DNA from: Eledone cirrhosa
Lineage: Eukaryota
Reading direction: 5' to 3'
DNA: 64,000 bases
Assembly: GCA_964016885.1 (NCBI GenBank)
Contig: OZ024743.1
Location: 172,918,001-172,982,000, forward strand
The notes beneath the pieces are model-generated. The model saw nothing but the letters and a program-made list of their open reading frames with translations. It had not been told where the DNA came from and made no database searches. Position 1 is the stretch's first letter; each line of letters begins with the position of its first letter. The position numbers were made by a program, and so were the translations under genes. Below are positions 58,540 through 64,000 of this stretch, piece by piece.

Positions 58540-61500
58540 GTGGACCAATCATAAGCCAGAGACCCCCCCCCCCCCCACACGCATCACCGTTATTATTATA
58601 AGCCAGAGACCCCCCCCCCACACGCATCACCATTATTATTATTACGCGGACCAATCATAAGCCAGAGGCCTATATTATTGCTTGCACGGTTGCCTTCGAT
58701 ATATGATGGATGGTTGGATGGATGGACGGACTGCGGAATCCTGGAGAGTGGAAGGGAGAGAAAAATCTGGACGCTCAGAGCGAAAATGCCAATGTTAAAG
58801 TCAAATTCACCTCGTGGACGAGAATGCGAGCACTCTTCTTTGTTTCGCCTGCGGATGGCTAACATAACCCCATCTCCCCCCGCCCCTCACCACCCCCACC
58901 CTCCAAACGCGATCCAAAACTTCAGAGTTGGTACCATAAATGTAGGCACCCTAAAGGGTCGCGCTAACGAGGTTGTAGAAATGCTTGAACGTAAGGAGGT
59001 CGATGTTTGTTGTATTCAAGAGACCAGGTGGAGGGGTGGGTCTGCTAGATTCATTGAGGGTAAAAAACGATGTTATAAGCTTTTCTGGGTGGGAAACGAC
59101 GATGGGCTGGGTGGAGTAGGAATCATGGTAGCAGAAAAGTGGGCAGATAAGATAATAGACGTAAATAGAGTGAACGACAGAATAATTAAAATACGACTTG
59201 TCCCCAATAGAACTACGGTGACAGTAATATCTGCGTACGCACCCCAATCCGGACTGCCCGGCACTATAAAAGACAGATTCTATGAGACACTGATGCTCAC
59301 TACCTCCCAAATATCTGACAGTGACTATATAATTATTGCAGGCGACCTAAATGGTCACGTTGGGCAACATTGTGACGGCTACGACGAAATCCATGGAGGC
59401 TATGGGTTTGGTACTAGAAATGAGGAAGGCTCCAGAATCCTGGAATTCTGTGATGCAAATAACCTAACTATCTGTAACACTAACTTCAAAAAACGTGACA
59501 ATCACCTGATCACCTATAGATCCGGGGAACACACAAGCCAGGTAGATTATATCCTTACCAGAAGACGTGACAGAGTGTCTGTTGTAAACACTAAATCCCT
59601 CCCCCATGAAGAATGCACCTCGCGACCTCATAGTCAGGACGAGACGTACTCGACAGCAGAAGAGGACTATCCTCAGGAGAAAAATATGGAAGCTAAAGGA
59701 CCCCACATACAAAAATAAATTTCAAAACATATTACTTGATGCTTTCGACAGTAAGGAAGAACATTTAGAGTCGGACAATATAGAGGGACAGTGGGAATTT
59801 CTGAAAGCAAACCTGCTGTTGGCGACAGACGAAGTCTGTGGCTGGAGCAGGCCTCTAGGCAGGAGGAGAGTAACATGGTGGTGGAACAGTAAGGTGGAGG
59901 GGTCAATTAAGGCCAAAAAGCAGGCTTGGAAAGTATGGCGGGATGGGGGAAGTAGAGTAGACTATCAAGTGGCCAGGAGGGAAGCTAGGAGAGAAGTGTA
60001 CTTAGCAAGAAGGGAAGCTGAGGAAAGAAAGTTCAAGCATGTCCTACAACGCGATGACCAAAAACGTGAGGTGTTCAGGATTGCTAGGCAATGCGTCAAG
60101 GAAAACCGTGATATTGTCGGGGAGAAGTGTGTACTTAACGATGATGGCATACTTGCCATCACCGACACTGATAAGAAGGTAGCTTGGAAGTGTCACTATG
60201 AAAGGCTACTAAATGAGGAGAATAAATGGGAGAAAGAAAGTCTCCCCCATGTCGACCCAATAGAGGGACCAGCAGTGTTAGTCGAGGGGAGTATAATAAG
60301 TAAGGCAATCAAGGATATGAAGACAGGTAAGGCGGCTGGGCCTTCGGAAATAGTTGCTGAGATGCTGAAGGCATCTGGCACGGTGGGACACACCATGGTC
60401 ACCCGCATAGTTAACCAAGTCGTACAGAATGGGGTTGTTCCGAAGGACTGGCATAGCAGCATCATCGTTAACTGTTATAAGGGTAAAGGAGACGCCCTAG
60501 ATAGGAGTAACTATAGAGGCATTAAATTAATCGACCAGGTCATGAAGGTCACGGAAAAAGTAATAGCGCAACTAATCAGAGAGAGAATTGACCTAGATGA
60601 AATGCAGTTCGGGTTTGTGTCAGGCAAAAGTACCACAGACGCTCTTTTCATAGTACGACAACTACAGGAGAAGTTCCTAGCTAAAGGTAAACCCCTCTAC
60701 TTAGCTTTTGTCGACTTGGAGAAAGCCTTCGACAGAGTCCCCCGCTCCATTATCTGGTGGGCTCTTAGAAAACTAGGCGTTGACGAATGGCTTGTGAGGG
60801 CTATACAAGCCATGTATAAAGAAACAGTCAGCAAGGTTAGAATTAACAACGAATATAGTGAAGAGTTTAGCGTAAAAGTTGGCGTCCATCAGGGCTCTGT
60901 TCTCAGCCCCCTACTATTTATTATTGCCCTTCAGGCTATAACAGAGGAGTTCAAGACAGGCTGCCCATGGGAACTCCTATACGCAGACGACCTGACACTC
61001 ATAGCGGAATCAATGGCCGAGCTAGAGAAGAAATTCCAAACATGGAAGCACGGCCTAGAGTCAAAAGGACTTAAAATTAACCTGGCTAAGACCAAAGTTC
61101 TAGTTTGTAGGAAAGAAAACAAGGCGGCGGTCCCTTCTGGGAAATGGTCGTGCTCGGTGTGTAGGAAAGGCGTAGGTAGAAACTCCATTTTATGTACTAA
61201 ATGCAAAGTATGGGTGCATAAAAGATGTAGTGGGATCACAGGTAAGCTAACTAAGAAGATAGATTTTACATGTGGCCGGTGTTCTGGTGCAATAAGTAGC
61301 AGCAAGTGCCCACAAAATACTAGCTCTTTCAATTGCGCAGAGGGTTCTATAGAAATAGTGGACAGCTTCCGTTACCTGGGCGATAAAATCAGCAGTGGGG
61401 GAGGGTGCTCTGAAAGTACTGTAGCTAGAGTCAGAACTGGTTGGAAAAAGTTCAGAGAGCTTATACCACTATTAGCTGCTAAAGGGTTCTCCCTAAAAAT

Positions 61501-62300
61501 GAAAGGCAGGTTGTACGATGCCTGCATATGAACAGCAATGTTGCATGGCAGTGAGACCTGGGCATTGTGTGCAGAGGATATACGCAGACTAGAGAGGAAC
61601 GAAGCTTGCATGCTCCGCTGGATGTGTAACAGTAATATACGTGAACAGCAAAGCATAAACGAACTAAGGAAAAAATTAGAGATAAGAGGGATCAGATGTT
61701 GTTTACTCGAGAGAAGGCTACGTTGGTATGGACACGTGATGCGCATGAAAGTCGATAGCTGTATAACAAAGTGCAGGGCAATAAAGATAGACGGTAGCCA
61801 CGGAATAGGCAGACCTAGAAAAATCTGGGGCGAGCTGATAAACTCCGACCTCACACACTTACACCTCTCCAAGACAATGTGACTGGACCGAGACCTTTGG
61901 CGGTACTCAGTAACAGAGAAGACCCGCCTTGCCAGTAGGCATCTCTAACAAAATACACCCCGTCCCGCCACCACCCCCACCCATCCACACCATCCCGTCC
62001 TATGTAAAGTTATGTTGGTGCCGCGCCATCGAGGCCGAAACAAATGAGATCGTGTAGGTGTCACGACAAAAAAACACACAGTCCACGCTGTAATGTGGCC
62101 GTGTAGGCAACACGGTAAAAACCTCCCAGACCCACACTGTAAATGTGGTTAGTGTTAGGAAGGGCATCCAACTGTAGAAAACCTGCCAGACAGTCCTATG
62201 CGAGCAAGACAATCACTCTTGCCTCAAGTGGGACTACCCCCGTCCAAACCCATGCAAGCGTGGAACACGGACGTTAAACGTTGATGATGATGATGATGAT
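58540..62300 (+). mobile_element. Near full-length RTE LINE (APE, RT, 3' UTR, GAT tail), recently inactivated
   Basis: ORFs 58678..59718, 59606..61531 and 61538..61882. Lesions are a deletion frameshift near 59622, a CGA>TGA stop at 61529 and a TCA>TGA stop at 61880. Confidence 0.97.
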
Positions 62301-62716
62301 ACACATATATACATATACATATATATACATATATATATATACATATATATATACATATATATATATACATGCATATATACATACATATATACATGCATAT
62401 ATACATACATATATATATACATACATATATACATACATATATACATATACATATATATATACATACATATATACATACATATATACATATACATATATAT
62501 ATACATATATATATACACATATACATACATACATATATATATACATATATATATACACATATTCATACATACATATATATACATATATATATATACATAT
62601 ACATATACATATATATATACATATATATATGTATATATATATATACATATATATATGTATATACATATATATGTATATACATATATATATGTATATATAC
62701 ATATACATATATATAC

Positions 62717-62750
<34 letters not shown>

Positions 62751-62911
62751 ACATATATATACATATATATACATACATATATATACATATATATACATAT
62801 ATATACATACATATATATACATATACATATATATACATACATATATACATATATATACATACATATATATACATATATACATATATATACATATATACAT
62901 ATATATATATA
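62301..62911. repeat. (TA)n/(TACA)n tract between two tail-to-tail RTE copies
   Basis: Seen directly. Confidence 0.95.
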
Positions 62912-64000
62912 TCATCATCATCATCATCATCAACGTTTAACGTCCGTGTTCCACGCTTGCATGGGTTTGGACGGGGGTAGTCCCACTTGAGGCAAGAGTG
63001 ATTGTCTTGCTCGCATAGGACTGTCTGGCAGGTTTTCTACAGTTGGATGCCCTTCCTAACACCAACCACATTTACAGTGTGGGTCTGGGAGGTTTTTACC
63101 GTGTTGCCTACACGGCCACATTACAGCGTGGACTGTGTGTTTTTTTGTCGTGACACCTACACGATCTCATTTGTTTCGGCCTCGATGGCGCGGCACCAAC
63201 ATAACTTTACATAGAACGGGGTGGTGTGGATCGGGTGGGGGTGGTGGGACGGGGTGTATTTTGTTAGAGATGCCTACTGGCTGGAGTAGGTTTTACTATA
63301 TATTTAGGTAAGGCGGGTCTTCTCTGTTACTGAGTACCGCCAAAGGTCTCGGTCCAGTGACATTGTCTTGGAGAGGTGTAAGTGTGTGATGTCGGAGTTT
63401 ATCAGCTCGTCCCAGGTTTTTCTAGGTCTGCCTATTCCGTGACTACCGTCTATCTTTATTGCCCTGCACTTTGTTATACAGCTATCGACTTTCATGCGCA
63501 TCACGTGTCCATACCAACGTAGCCTTCTCTCGAGTAAACAACATCTGATCCCTCTTATCTCTAATTTATTCCTTAGTTCGTTTATGCTTTGCCGTTCACG
63601 TATATTACTGTTACACATCCAGCGGAGCATGCAAGCTTCGTTCCTCTCTAGTCTGCGTATATCCTCTGCACACAATGCCCAGGTCTCACTGCCATGCAGC
63701 ATTGCTGTTCGTATGCAGGCATCGTACAACCTGCCTTTCATTTTTAGTGAGAACCCTTTAGCAGCTAATAGTGGTATAAGCTCTCTGAACTTTTTCCAAC
63801 CAGTTCTGACTCTAGCTACAGTACTTTCAGAGCACCCTCCCCCACTGCTGATTTTATCGCCCAGGTAACGGAAGCTGTCCACTATTTCTATAGAACCCTC
63901 TGCGCAATTGAAAGAGCTAGTAGTTTGTGGGCACTTGCTGCTACTTATTGCACCAGAGCACCGGCCACATGTAAAATCTATGTTCTTAGTTAGCCTACCT
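62912..64000 (-). mobile_element. Young RTE LINE 3' end, continues beyond the window
   Basis: ORF 63304..63882 and a (CAT)n tail at 62912. Near-identical to the 56562 and 58540 copies. Confidence 0.95.

Overview
Eukaryotic, repeat-dominated genomic DNA. The SINE and LINE families look octopod/cephalopod-like, which is an inference. About 3.0-33.0 kb is a cryptic (TA)n/(TACA)n mega-microsatellite with a 200-N scaffold gap; it produces the spurious 'YIYI' ORFs. The main discovery is that most unique islands inside or abutting this satellite carry a type I hammerhead ribozyme. I count 10 complete motifs from about 8 unrelated sequence families, most with a short palindromic stem III and one with the U3-A8 core covariation. 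They sit in Penelope-type elements and small non-coding retrozyme-like elements with terminal redundancy or inverted ends, whose 3' ends join (TA)n. The window also holds many RTE-clade LINE copies (one near full-length, and young inverted copies) and a ~600-bp internally deleted RTE derivative in three copies. Other mobile elements are tRNA-derived SINEs (one family sharing the RTE 3' tail), two decayed Penelope ORFs, decayed piggyBac elements, and a probable R4/Dong-like LINE. The only host gene evidence is two small exons of RBX1 (52262-52289 and 54561-54611, + strand).
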